A DNA stretch of 64,000 bases, from positions 27,652,001-27,716,000 of the forward strand of contig NC_043005.1 of the NCBI RefSeq assembly GCF_006345805.1, read 5' to 3'. The notes beneath the pieces are model-generated. The model was not told where the DNA came from and made no database searches. It saw only the letters and a list, made by a program, of their open reading frames with translations. Position 1 is the stretch's first letter. Every line of letters begins with the position of its first letter. The translations under genes and the position numbers were made by a program. This document shows, piece after piece, positions 25,918 through 38,855 of the stretch. The DNA is from Octopus sinensis. Taxonomy: Eukaryota.

Positions 25918-26945
25918 CACCTGTGTGTGAGACAGAGAGAGAGACTGTGTGTGTGTGTGTGTGTGCACGCATGCGTGTGTGTGTGTGTACACTATATATA
26001 TATCATCAGCATCATCATCGTTTAATGTCCACTTTCCATGCTGGTATGGGTTGGACGGTTTGACTGAGGACTGGTGAGCCAGAAGGCTGCACCAGGCTCC
26101 AATCTGATCTGGCAAAGTTTCAACAGCTGGATGCCCTTCCTAGCGCCAACCACTCTGAGAGTGTAGTGGATGCTTTTACTTGACACTGGCATGAGGGCCA
26201 ATCAGGAAGTTCTGGCAACGGCCATACTCAAAAGGAGGTGTTTTTTATGTGCTACCTGCACAGAAACCAGTCCAGAGCCACTGGCAACGAACACGCTTGA
26301 ATGTTGTTTTTCACGTGCTACCAGCATGGATGCCAATCCATGGTCCTGGCTTCGATCATGCTCGAATGTGCTTTTAACGTTGCTCAGATGTGCTTTTAGT
26401 TGTAGCGTGTGATCTTATCCAGGCAGATGTTTGTGTCACATCTACTTAATACTACAGAACTAGAACTAAGCACAGAATGTTCAGCTATTATTTAAAAAGT
26501 TTCTCCTGGGATTTCGTACAGGGGTTAGCTGTTAGCTTCATAGAATACTGTTAAGTCTTCATATCCTTGCTGGTATGTTAAACTGTTGTGTGTCCAAATT
26601 TGGCCAAATGCGTTTTTTTTTTTTTTCAATATCTAATTTTGCTTGCAATCGATGGTTCTTTTGGTCAAACTATCATATCTCCAGCTGCTTCAGATGAGAA
26701 TTGTCAAAGTGTAGTGCAACAGTTTAGCATTTTTCAAAAGTTTAGTAAGTCCCATATACGACAGTTTTGCAGAAATATTGCTGACTAAAAATATCATAGA
26801 TGCATGGAATTATGATTTTAAGCACCCAACAAAGTATTGCTAAGCTGAAACTGTTGCTAATGTAAAAGGAAATGGAATGGCAAAACTATTTTTTCGTTTC
26901 CTGAAAAAACAAATATTTTTGACTTATTACACTTTTGCATAATAG

Positions 26946-26994
<49 letters not shown>

Positions 26995-27139
26995 ATCTGT
27001 GTGTGTGTGTGTGTGTGTATGCATATTTATCTTGATATTATTGAAAATAATATTGGTATATCATCGCCATTGTTGTTGTTATTGTTGTAGTTGTTGTGAC
27101 ACTGCCATAAGTTTCCCTCTCTCTATTTTCTGCTGACAG

Positions 27140-27241
27140 GAAGTGTTACAAGCCTATCTCCAACAGTATCCAGACAGCGCCATAGCTTTAAATTTGAAGG
27201 CCTGCAACCATTTCAGACTCTATGATGGCAAGGCTGCTGAG
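27140..27241 (+). CDS. TTC26: TTC26/IFT56 exon 7
   Basis: gacag|...|gtatgg; [34 protein letters not shown]. Confidence 0.97.
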
Positions 27242-27481
27242 GTATGGTTCCATCTCTATCTCTACACAATTTCTCATACACTGCATACAAACCACAACAT
27301 CACCAGAACATCATGTCACATGTACCATTGTGGCAGACCACTTCATGGTTGACTGGCCCACTAATTATTGCAGAAAAACACTTTTACCCTCTGAAAAATG
27401 GAAGAGAACAACAAAGTTTATATATTTGTATATGTATATACAAATACATATATATAGATATATATATATATATTATATATA

Positions 27482-27510
<29 letters not shown>

Positions 27511-27512
<2 letters not shown>

Positions 27513-27752
27513 GTAGAAATTTGTTACGAAAAGAAAATATAAAATACACGTGGAAATGTAAGAGTAAAATATGAAAAATCAACGAAAATGCATATTGCAA
27601 ATAGAAAAGGCTATTTATGACAGGTAATGACAAATATATACATTTAGATTGACTGAGATAGTAATACAAGTCATAAAAGTCATTATGAGATGATTATAAG
27701 ATGATAATAAAGTAAGAGAACAAAATGAACCAATGGTTTACGTAAAGCTATT
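27511..27752. repeat. AT-rich (TA)n-associated repeat; inverted copy at ~45628-45873
   Basis: Direct reverse-complement match. Confidence 0.85.
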
Positions 27753-27774
27753 ACCCAATATATATATATATATA

Positions 27775-27999
27775 TTGGGTTGATGTATAATTATTGTGGC
27801 TTTTTTCATCAAATTTTATTCAACAAAAACAATGATATTTAACAAAAGCATCTTTAAATGATAGTCTGACCGTCTGCCAATCAAATGGGAAGCCATAATT
27901 GAAGTAGATAGTGAATATGCTCCAGAATAATCATTTAAAGATGTTTTTGTTGAATAAAATTTGTTGAAAAAAAGCCACAATAATTATGCACCAACCCAA
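27775..27999. mobile_element. Mariner-type MITE
   Basis: TA|TTGGGTTG...CAACCCAA|TA, with long TIRs resembling Hsmar/MADE ends. Confidence 0.88.
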
Positions 28000-28616
28000 T
28001 ATATGTTGTAAATGGGAAAAATAATAACAATACTGATAGTGAGAGAGACGAAAAAGAAAAAGAAAGACATATCAATGTGTATGCACATCTATATGTGCAG
28101 TAAACTATAACATAAAGATAAAAATAAAAATCTAACGGATGTGTTTAAAGGAATTGTTGAAGTATAATTTTTGGCAACAAAATCTTATGTGGGCCCTGGT
28201 GGAGAACCACTGACCTAAAACATATGTATATTGAGATCTGGCACTGGTTATTATTATCACAATGGCTTAGTGAAATCATTATGCACACACACAGACATAC
28301 CATTTGCAAATATGTTTTGCTGGCACGCAATAAGCACCATTCTTGTGTGGGTTTATGCCAGTGCCGCCTGACTGGCTTCCCATGCCGGTGACACATAAAA
28401 AGCACCATCTGAATGTGGCTGTGGCCAATGCCAGTGGCACATAAAAAGCACCCACTACACTCTCAGAGTGGTTGGCATTTGGAAGGGCATCCAGTTGTAG
28501 AAAGCTTGCCAGATCAGATTGGAGCCTGGTGCAGCCTCCTGGCTTGCCAGTCCTCAGTCAAACCATCCAACCCATGCCAGCATGAAAAACGGACATTAAA
28601 CGATGACGACAACGAC

Positions 28617-28649
<33 letters not shown>

Positions 28650-28667
28650 ATGTTCCCTCTCTTCTAG

Positions 28668-28742
28668 AACGAACTGAAAAGTCTGCAAGATATGGCATCA
28701 CCAACATTTACCTTCAACCGTGATCTGATAAAACACAACATG
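28668..28742 (+). CDS. TTC26: TTC26/IFT56 exon 8
   Basis: tctag|...|gtaaaa; NELKSLQDMASPTFTFNRDLIKHNM. Confidence 0.94.
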
Positions 28743-28821
28743 GTAAAAGTATTTTGTGTCATTCTATATGAGAGAGAGAAAAATCATTGCTTAAAACTTA
28801 ACAAAATGCATCTGTGGTACG

Positions 28822-28859
<38 letters not shown>

Positions 28860-29141
28860 CTTAAAGCACACTAACAAATCCAAAAGTCCATGGATAATAA
28901 ACTGCCACATATGATAATACACTACTGTGTTTGTAAATGTGTGTATGTGTGTGTGTGAATAAGGGTAAACGACTGATATCTGCTCAGATTATGATATTTA
29001 TATATTGATACAAGTTGAATCACAGGAGATCAATAAAAAATTAGTTGAGGAATGTTCATAATGGTTGTGATATATGCTGGAATTGTTCCAGAATACATTA
29101 TTTACATTTGACGGATATTTGTCCTCATCTTGTTTGTTGTG

Positions 29142-29186
29142 AACACGTTTCATCTGATATACCCTCCAGCCTTCATCAGGTGTCTT
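29142..29186 (-). ncRNA. Family-1 hammerhead, degenerate (core intact, helices II and III damaged)
   Basis: Minus strand GACAC-CUGAUGA-AGGCUG...CAGAU-GAAACGUGUU. Confidence 0.55.
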
Positions 29187-29386
29187 GGAGAAATTTCAAA
29201 CCTGGATTCTCATCTAAGGTATTTTTCAATGTTATTATTATTATTCAGGTCACTGCTTGGAATTGAACTCGGAATCTTGAGATTATTTGCAGCGACCTGA
29301 ATAATGATAATAATAGCAATAATAATGATGATGATAACATTGAAAAATACCTTAGGAATGAGAACCCAGGTTCGAAATTTCCCCAA

Positions 29387-29432
29387 GACACTTGATGAAG
29401 GCTGGAGGGTATATCAGGCAAAACGTTGTGTT
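29387..29432 (+). ncRNA. Family-1 hammerhead, catalytically dead (C3U, G12A)
   Basis: GACAC-UUGAUGA-AGGCUG...CAGGC-AAAACGUU-GUGUU. Confidence 0.55.
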
Positions 29433-30039
29433 AACAACTAACAAGATGAGGACAAATATCCATCAAATGTAAATAATGTACATAATTCCTTATCTCTTAA
29501 ATATAGAAATGTAGTTCCAGAATAGTTATAAGGTATTATAAATAGTAGATTAAGGCAGATCATCATAGGATAAAACCCAAAGCTGGATGAAAAAAGGAAA
29601 GAAGATGTGTAGGTAGAACCTTACAGCTGTTTCAAGAATTGATGCACAGTTGGTGCAATCACTGGCAACCAGCATTTTAGGGGTAGTTTCTCCAAAGATA
29701 GAATATACTGCCACTAAAATACCAGTTGCAGACTGCTTGCTGGTAATTGCACTAACAGCACACCAATTCTTGAAACAGCTGTAAGGGTCTACCTACACAC
29801 TTCCTTCTCGTTCAACTTTGGATTTTATCCTATGATGGTCTGTCTTAACCTATTATCTTAACCTATAATACCTTATAACTATTCTGCAACTATTCCAGCA
29901 TATACCACAACCATTATGAACATTCCTCAACCAATCTTTTATTGATTTTGTGTGATTTAATTCCTGGAACATTCTTTTCTGCCTTCAAGTCGCATCAATA
30001 TATGTCATAATCTCATTATTTGAATTGTATGTACCTCCT

Positions 30040-30350
30040 CATCACTGGACTATCAATTCTTTGGCCCCATGAAAGAGGGTTTCAGAGGCAAACATTATTC
30101 CAGTGACAAGGAAGTGAAAACTGTAGTGAAGAAGTGGCTCAAAAAACAGTCAACAGAATTTTATGGGGCAGGGATACATGCTCTCATTCGAAGGTGGAAC
30201 ATTGCTGTTGAGAGAAACGGTGACTATGTTGAGAAGTAGAGATGTGATCGACAGAGGACCAGCTTCATTTTGATGTATGATACATGTTCCTGTGTTGGTA
30301 ATTATACCTGTCCTAAACAAAATGGCATTACTTTTTGACTCACCCTTGTA
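30040..30350 (+). mobile_element. Mariner transposon 3' end
   Basis: DYQFFGPMKEGFRGKHY...RWNIAVERNGDYVEK* (30048-30239) and terminal repeat TTACTTTTTGACTCACCCTTG-TA. Confidence 0.9.
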
Positions 30351-30788
30351 CAAGGTATTAAATGTCTACATTGTAACACTGTGACTTCATACTGTCTAGT
30401 CAGTATTTACTGACATATCTTATATTGTGACATCACAGTGTTATAGTGATTTATGTATTTATGTTTATGTTGTGATACGTTATATGATATGTCAGTATAT
30501 TCATGATACATATCTGCTTTGTGATATTGATACATCATACCGTATCATAGTGTAATCATAGTGACATATATCTGCACAGTGCTACTGCTACACGTGTGTG
30601 TGTGTACACATGTATATAATAGTATAAGGATAAACGACTGATATTTGTGTGGTCAATAATAACTGACCTAAATCTAGATTTATATGTGGGCCATTCTATG
30701 TGTATCTACAAAGTTCTGTGTAATGCATCTGTTGTGTTTCATGGTCAGTGTATATCTATTTACCCTCGTATTTGTCTACATTATCAAG

Positions 30789-30891
30789 GTGGTGTTTCAA
30801 GGTGGTGACGGAGCCCTACAAGTGTTACCTCCTCTTGTTGATGTCATACCAGAGGCGAGATTAAACCTGGTCATATACTACCTGAAACAAG
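30789..30891 (+). CDS. TTC26: TTC26/IFT56 exon 9
   Basis: tcaag|...|gtaagc; [34 protein letters not shown]. Confidence 0.97.
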
Positions 30892-32289
30892 GTAAGCACT
30901 ACTTCTACTGTAGCCTCAAATTGACCAATACTTTAGGAATAGAATTTAGCTACACAGAAACTGTGCAGAAGCCTGTCATACACACACACAGAGTATTTGG
31001 TAGCATATTCTATGCTATTGTTAGTTGTTTTAGGTATCAAACATATTCATTCATTCATTCGTTCGTTCGTTCATTCATCTTATGTCTATTTTTCCATGCT
31101 TGCATGGGTCCGACAAATATCTTCTTTGGGGCATTGTTCTGTTGTCCATGCTGCCCTAAACAAACTAATGCCTATCTGTTTTCCAAGTAAGGCTTATCTT
31201 ATTCCACATAGATTTAAAGGCTTGAAATGACCAGACAGTTTGTTGGCACAAGAACTGAGAATTCTGCTGCTGTAACTTCTGTGCAACAAATTGCAGTTGC
31301 AGATATAAACAAGCACACAAATACATGTACACACACACACATCTACATGCACACACATACATGTGCATACATGTATATATATTCTCTTCTAATTTCCATC
31401 AACCAACTCCACTCAGAAAGTAGAACATACTCAAAGTCCACCCCGCTCTATCTTCTCGCATACCTTTCTACATATATTTGTAATCTTCTTCTGCCTCTGA
31501 ACTGGACACCTTGCTTCCCTCAAATAAGTGCCATTCTTTTTCTCACTATCTCAACCAATAATTCTATTGCGTTCATCCCTAAACTTTAACAAACTCAACA
31601 CAATAAAACCCCATTCATATAGTATCTACCCAACCCTCCCATTCATCTTCCTACTCCCCACCACAACTACTACTCCCTTACTAGCCTCATTATTAACCCC
31701 TCCCTCTTCTTGAACTATCTTTTCTCCTCTCACCATTCCCTGTCTTAATATCCCCCACTCCCCCCTCTAATACACTTAGCTCTCCACATTTAATCGTTTC
31801 ATCATTTTACTTCTCTGCATAAAGATTTTACATTAAGAAATGTAAGATCTTCTCTACACTGAAAAACCATGGCTAATCTCATCCTATGTTAAATGCATCG
31901 ATGAGAGTGATCATTGCCAGTGCTACCAGACTGGCTCCCATGCAGGTGGCACGTAAAAACACCTTTTGAGTGTGGTTGATACCAGAACTGCTTGACTGGC
32001 CCTCATGCATGTAAAAAGCACCCACTACACTCTCAGAGTGGTTGGCATTAGGAAGGGCATCCAGCTGTAGAAACTTTGCTAGATCAGATTGAGCCTGCTG
32101 CAGCCTTCTGGCTCACCAGTCCTCAGTCAAACTGTCCAACCCATGCCAGCATGGAAAGCGGACGTTAAACGACAACAATGATGATGATGGACTAAATCTA
32201 CCAATATTATTATGGATCACCAAGTCCCCTAGAAATAGCTGTTGAACTTATAATAGCTTTCTTCTACCCCTTTAAATTTTTGTCATATG

Positions 32290-33796
32290 CATGCTCGAAA
32301 ATGGTGTTTTTACATGCCACCTACACAGGAGTCAGTCCAGCAGCACTGGCAATGACTTCGCTTGAATGTTTTGTTTGCATGCCACCGGCACAAGTGCTAG
32401 TAAGGCGACTCTGGTAACGATCACACTCAAATGGTGCTTTTTACATGCCCACTGGCATGGAAGCCAGACAGCTGCTCTGGCAGTGATCCCGCTTGGATGG
32501 AGCTGTTAGCACTCCACTGGCACAAGTGCCAGTCATCGAATTTGGTTCAATTTCGATTTCACTTGCCCCAAACATGTCTTCACAAGCAGAGTTTAGTGTC
32601 TAATGAAGGGAGGTTGGCATGGGTGCCAGTCATCGAATTTGGTTCGATTTCGAATTCAATTTCAATTTCACTTGCCTCAACAGGTCTTTGCAAGCAGAGT
32701 TTTGTGTCCAAAGAAGGAAAGGTATGCATAAGTGGGCTGGCTACATCCTGGTAAAGGCTATGGGTTATGGTCTCACTTGTCCTGCCAGGTCTTCTCACGC
32801 ACAGCATAATTCCAAAGGTCTCGGTCACTAGTCATTGCCTCGGTGAGGCCTAATGTTCGAAGGTCGTGTTTCACCACCTCGTCCCAGGTTTTCCTGGGTC
32901 TGCCTCTTCCACAGGTTCCCTCAACCGCTAGGGTGTGGACTTTTTCACACAGCTATCTTCATCCATTCTCGTCACATGACCATATCAGCGCAATCGTCTC
33001 TCTTGCACACCACAACTGATGCTTCTTAGGTCCAACTTTTCTTTCAAGGTACTTACATTCTGTCGAGTAAGTACACTAACATTACACATCCATCAGAGCA
33101 TACTGGCTTCATTCCTTGCGAGCTTACGCATGTCCTCAGCAGTCACAGCCCATGTTTCACTGCCATGTAGCATGGCTGTTCGTATACATGCATCATACAG
33201 TCTGCCTTTTTCTCTGAGCAAGAGGCCCTTTGTCACCAGCAGAGGTAAGAGCTCTCTGCACTTTGCCCAGGCTATTCTTATTCTAGCAGTTACACTTTCT
33301 GTACACCCGCCCCCACTACTGACTTGGTTACCTAGGTAACGGAAGCTATCAACTACTTCTAGTTTTTCTCCCTGGAATATGGTGGAAGTTGTTCTCTGCA
33401 CACTTTCAGTGTTTATTGCTCCTGAGCATCTGCCACATACAAAAACTATCTTCCTAGTTAGCCTTCCTTTGACATTGCTGCACCTCTTATGTGTCCATAG
33501 CTTACACTGGGTACATCTTATAGAGTTTCTACCTACGCCTTTTCTACAGATCAAGCAGGGCCATCTACCTGAAGGGATTTGTAGTTTGTCTACCTTTCTA
33601 CTTATTAGGACTTTGGTTTTTTAGCTAGGTTGACTCTAAGGCCCTTTGATTCTAATCCTTGCTTCCACACCTGAAACTTCTCCTCTAGTTCTGATAGTGA
33701 CTCAGCAATTAGAGCAAGGTCATCAACATAGAGGAGCTCCCAGGGGCATCCTGTCTTGAATTCCTCTGTTATTGCCTGTGTCTTGAATTCCTCTGT
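32290..33796 (-). mobile_element. 5'-truncated RTE-clade LINE (RT C-terminal half + 3' UTR)
   Basis: ELLYVDDL, Cys-rich insert, FRYLG, MLHGSETW; 18-bp duplication at the 5' junction (33752-69 / 33779-96). Confidence 0.92.
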
Positions 33797-33911
33797 ATAT
33801 ATATATATATATATATATAGGGAGAATTCACAAAAAAAAGACAAAAGACGAAGACAGGTGGTGTAGACAACAAACAGATGTCTTAGTTTAGTACTCAGGA
33901 AATGAAAAAGT

Positions 33912-33947
33912 CTTTAACATTTCGAGCCTACGCTCTTCCACAGAAAG
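33912..33947 (-). ncRNA. Type-I minimal hammerhead variant (family 3, A6U)
   Basis: Minus strand CUUU-CUGUGGA-A-GAGC(GUAG)GCUC-GAA-AUGU-U-AAAG: perfect helices I and II. Confidence 0.6.
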
Positions 33948-34370
33948 GAACACAGAAAGAAACAAGCAGAATGAATAAAGAATGTGTAGTGGCTAGCGGT
34001 CTATCATGGCTGAGTTCCTTTTGAGTGTTGGGCCTCACAGAGGTAATGACTGAGACCTTTGGCATTATGTTGTGATCGAGAAGAAGACTCATCAAGCCAA
34101 GCAAAAGCACATTCATGGCAGATACTGGTATCACATAAAAGCACCCATTACACTCTGTAAAGTGGTTGGTGTTAGGAAGGGCATCCAGCCATAGAAAACC
34201 ATGCCAAATCAGACTGGAGTCCGGTGCAGCCTTCCAGCTTACCAGTCCTGGTCAAACTGTCCGACCCATGTCAGCATGAACAATGGATGTTAAATGATGA
34301 TGATGTATGTATGTACATGCATATATATATGATCAAAAACTTTTTTTTTCTGTTTCTATTCCCTTCTTAG

Positions 34371-34480
34371 ATGATATTACTGAGGCATATGCCCTGATTA
34401 AAGATGTTGAACCTTGTACACCCCAAGAATATATTTTAAAAGGGGTTGTGAATGCAGCTCTTGGACAGGAACAAGGAACA
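34371..34480 (+). CDS. TTC26: TTC26/IFT56 exon 10
   Basis: cttag|...|gtaagt; [37 protein letters not shown]. Confidence 0.97.
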
Positions 34481-36205
34481 GTAAGTAAAAGAGAACCCAC
34501 CTTCATTCTTTCTCTCTCTATCCATCCTGTCTTGTCTGTTTGTCTCTCTCTCTCTCTCTGTATATGACGTACATGTATGTATATTCATAAAGTTTCTCTG
34601 TTGTTCTGTGTTTCTGTTAGTTCTTTAATGGAAGTCCAGTGGATATTTTCTGGAAATCATCTGCTAGTGAATATGGAAGGAAAAGAATGAACAGGGAGTG
34701 TTCATAGGTGAATGTAGAGTAATTCATAGAAAAAATGCTGCAGGTCATAGTAAATAAGTAAATTTTATAGAGTGGGTAATAGAATGTGTCTTTGTGTTTT
34801 ATTCTCCTAGCATCATTTGACAACCAGTGTTGGTTTGTTTATGTCCCCCGTAACTTAGTGGTTTGACAAAAGAGACCTAGAGAATAAGTGCCAGACTTTA
34901 AAAAAAGTTCTGGAGTTAATTTGTTTAACTAAGCCCTTCAAAGCAGAGCCCCAGCATGGCCACAGTGCAATGATTGAAGCAAATAAAAGATAAAAAATGT
35001 TTACTCTTGATGTGACTGATTAATGACTTATCCTGGATTAAAGACTGTTGGTCTCTGATTCACTTAAGAATTTTGAAAATAAGATCATACATTGATTGTT
35101 TTATAAAGGTGGTACAGATGAGAAGATTTATTGGATGATGTGGCCTGGTGGCACTACATACTCATAAGTTGTGAGTTCTAATCTACTGCTGGTATTCTGT
35201 TTGTCTTTCTAAAGCAGAACAGTCTATTCTATATTACATCAGGTCACCATAGCTGTCAATAAGAATTAGCAGCACCCAGATTATTTGGGATTATTACTAG
35301 ATGTCCCTAGACTGTTACTAGATGTCCCTATCAAGGTGAACTTTTTGTTGGGGTGGAAAAAATACTTTATTATATGTTATCTCAATCATATGGAATAGTT
35401 ATCAGATTACTTGGGTATGTTACCTGTGAGAGTGAAGGCGCATGTCTTAGTGGTTAGAGCATCGAGCTTACAATCATAAGGTTGTGAGTTCAATTCCTGG
35501 AATGGGCTGTGTGTTCTGTTCTTGAACAAGACACTTTATTTCACGTTGCTCCAGTTTACTCAGCTGTAGAAATGAGCTGTGACATCACTGGTGCTAAGCT
35601 GTATTGGCCCCTTTGCCTTTCCCTTGGATAAGATCAGTGGCATGGAGAGCGGAGGCTGGTATGCATGGGCAACTGCTGGTCTTCCATAAACAACCTTGCC
35701 CGGACTTGTGCCTGAGAGGATAATTTTCTAGGTGCAACCCCATGGTCATTCTACCTGTCAGAGGAGAAGATTTTCCATCTACTTCACATCAAGGAACTAA
35801 AGTTAAGAACCAACCCTTAACACACAAAGCACGATGTGCCATGATTGTAGCCATCAGGCACAGGTCTACAGGCCACGATTGTGGCCCAGATAGTTGCATT
35901 TAATTTATGGGTATCTGTTGAAATGTCTATCAAGAGATAGTTCAACTAATGACTTTTTCAGATGATCTAAAACTTGCCACCATTAAATACTAAGAAGATA
36001 TTTTAACTATTTTTTTGTTTTTTATGTGTGCAGAGTAGTCTCATTTTCATAAAATGTGCTCAGCAGTCCATGCTATGTAAGTGCAAATCCCAGAGCTTTA
36101 GAGGTTAAAAGCTATGTAGAGATTAAGGGAGATTTATATTTTATAAAGTTGAATTAATTACCATGTCCTTACTTATTACTATCATTGTTGCTGTTGTTGT
36201 TACAG

Positions 36206-36269
36206 AGAGAACATCTGAAGATAGCACAGCAATATTTCCAGTTGGTTGGTGGTTCAGCTAGTGAATGTG
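36206..36269 (+). CDS. TTC26: TTC26/IFT56 exon 11
   Basis: tacag|...|gtaagt; REHLKIAQQYFQLVGGSASEC. Confidence 0.97.
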
Positions 36270-37083
36270 GTAAGTTAATTGTTATTGCACCACATGTGGT
36301 GGCTTCATACATGTGTCAATGTCACATGTATCTGTTCACCACGTTGTCTACTTATTACATTCATCTCCCCACAACACGTGTTATCTGTGTGTCACATGAG
36401 TCTCCCTGCTGCATGCAGCTATCCATAAATAAATATCCAATAAATAAGAAACAAGCAAAATATAGCCTCAGGGCCTAAAAAGACATGGAGGCTGTATTCT
36501 GTTTGTTTCTTATTTATTTCATCTTTCTCCATGTTTGTCTGTACCTGTAGAATTTATCTCTCCACCACCCTACCGTAGTAGTGGCAGGCTAAGGATTTTT
36601 GCAAGTTGTCCATCATTCCCAGCATCCTGAAAATCCTTCAGAAGAGGCAATTCATTGTGTATTCAAGGACACCAAGAAGTGCTCCCAAGCCTAATCAGAA
36701 GGCTGATGCAGACCCTCGTATAAACTAGATGGCGGGGCTGGTGGTGCAATATTTGGTTTGCTATTTGCCACAGGGTCTGACAAATGGAAGATATTTCATA
36801 GACTGATAACAAAAACAGCTGGAGGGCTTTTATAGAGTGGTGGTCATGGTGGGGGGAAAACTGAAAAAAATTATTTTACAAAGTAATAATTCTGATTTTC
36901 TGTTGTGTCTGGGGAGAGTCCACACGAACTCATATAAAGAATCTTGCAAACCAAATCCAAAAACGAAATTCTGATTTTGATGTCCACAAAGTCAATGTAG
37001 GTCTTTTTCTACTATTACAACTACTGCGACGACGACTACTACTGCTGCTGCTACTACTACTACTATTACTACTCCTATTGCAG

Positions 37084-37172
37084 ATACCATTCCAGGACGT
37101 CAATGCATGGCTTCATGTTTCTTTTTATTGAAACAGTTCCAAGATGTTCTCCTCTACTTGAATTCCATTAAG
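37084..37172 (+). CDS. TTC26: TTC26/IFT56 exon 12
   Basis: tgcag|...|gtgagt; [30 protein letters not shown]. Confidence 0.97.
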
Positions 37173-37324
37173 GTGAGTTTTATCTTCTTTACCATGGCCC
37201 CCTTTTCCCCACATTTTTAAATATGGATGTTATATACAGTTCTATATTTTTGAGATGAGGAATTATGTACATTATTTACATTATTTACATTTGACGGATA
37301 TTTGTCCTTATCTTGTTTGTTGTT

Positions 37325-37370
37325 AACACAACATTTCAGCTGATGTACTCTGCAGCCTTCATCAGGTGTC
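37325..37370 (-). ncRNA. Family-1 hammerhead, core intact
   Basis: Minus strand GACAC-CUGAUGA-A-GGCUG(CAGAGUACAU)CAGCU-GAA-AUGU-U-GUGUU. Confidence 0.7.
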
Positions 37371-37670
37371 TTGGGGGAATTTCTAACCTGGGTTTTCATT
37401 CCTAAAGTATTTTTCGTTGTTGTTGTTGCTGTTGCTGCTGTTCTTGTTGTTGTTCAGGTCACTGCCTGAAATCGAACTTGGAATCTTTGGGTTAGTAGCC
37501 CTAGTTCTTAATGACTACGCCATATGCCCGTGGCATAGTGGTTAAGAGTGCGGGCTACTAACTCCAAGATTACAAGTTCGATTCCAGGCAGTGACCTGAA
37601 TAATAATAATAATAATAATAACCTGGAAAAATACCTTAGGAATGAGAAACCAGGTTCAAAATTTCCCCAA

Positions 37671-37713
37671 GACACCTAATGAAGGCTGGAGGGTATATCA
37701 GCTGAAACATGTT
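37671..37713 (+). ncRNA. Family-1 hammerhead, dead (G5A, 3' arm shortened)
   Basis: GACAC-CUAAUGA-AGGCUG...CAGCU-GAAACAUGUU. Confidence 0.55.
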
Positions 37714-38044
37714 AGCAACAAACAAGATGAGGACAAATATCCATCAAATGTAAATAATGTAAATAACGGATGTTATATGTTGGGCACTTTGACATATTCT
37801 CTGCTGTGCATCACTATATACATAGGTGCAGGCATGGCTGTGTGGTAAGAAGTTTACTTCCCAACCACAGGGTTTCAGGGTCAGTCCTGCTGGGTGGCAC
37901 CTTGGACAAATGTCTTCTAATATAACCCTAGGTCAACCAGAGCCTTTTTGACTGGATTTGGTAGAGAGAAACTGAAACATGCCTGTCATATATATATATA
38001 TATATACATATACACACAGCCATATATATATATATATAAATTCT

Positions 38045-38440
38045 TTTACTTGTTTCAGTCATGTGACTGTGGCCATACTGGAGCACTCTTTAGTCGAGCA
38101 AATCGACCCCAGGACTTATTCTTTGTAAGCCTAGTACTTATTCTATCGGTCTCTTTTGCCGAACTGCTAAGTTACGGGGACATAAACACACCAGCACCGG
38201 TTGTCAAGCGATGTTGGAGAGACAAACACAGACGCACAAACATATACACACACATGCATATATATATATATATATACATATACATGATAGGTTTCTTTTC
38301 AGCTCCCATCTACCAAATCCATTCACAAGGCTTTGGTTAGCCCAAGGCTATAGTAGAAGACACTTGCCCAAGGTGCTACACAGTGGGACTGAACCCGGAA
38401 CCATGTGGTTCGTAAGCAAGCTACTTACCACTCAGCCACT
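38045..38440 (-). mobile_element. tRNA-derived SINE family S2 with central microsatellite (also 2725-3090, 57380-57770, and partial copies)
   Basis: Minus-strand GTGGCTGAGTGGTAAG ... GGTTCAGTCCC head. Confidence 0.85.
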
Positions 38441-38823
38441 CCTATCATTATCATCATCATTATCATTTAACGTCTGTTGTACATGCTGGCATGGGTTGGA
38501 CGGTTTATCCATGGCCGACAAGCTGGAAGACTGTACCAGACTCTTGTCTGATTTGGCATGGTTTCTATGGTTGTATGCTTTTCCTAATGCCAACCACTCT
38601 GAGATTGTAAAGGGTGCTTTTACGTGCCACCAGCATAGGTGCCAGTTGTGTGACACCGGTGTCCGCTATTACTGTGATTTCACTTGGCTTGATGGGTCTT
38701 CTTCTTCTCAAGCACAGCACAATGCCAAAAGTCTTGGTCATTTGTCATTGCCTCCATGAGGCCCAACACTTGAAAGGTGCTTTTCACATGCCACCTTGCC
38801 TTTATGAGGCCCAACACTAGATA

Positions 38824-38855
<32 letters not shown>

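Larger units (their letters stand above)
29096..29513. mobile_element. Palindromic tRNA-head/HHR element (family 1), centre deleted
   Basis: Minus copy 29096-~29283 joined to plus copy ~29285-29513; flanked by the 11-bp direct repeat GTTCCAGAATA (29085-29095, 29514-29524). Confidence 0.75.
29010..29960. mobile_element. Long fold-back element interrupted by the family-1 insertion
   Basis: 29514-29670 pairs with 29730-29890; 29010-29095 pairs with ~29880-29960. Confidence 0.75.
37236..37770. mobile_element. Palindromic tRNA-head/HHR element (family 1)
   Basis: Starts TA-CAGTTCTATA; minus copy and plus copy meet head-to-head at about 37520-37535. Confidence 0.8.
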
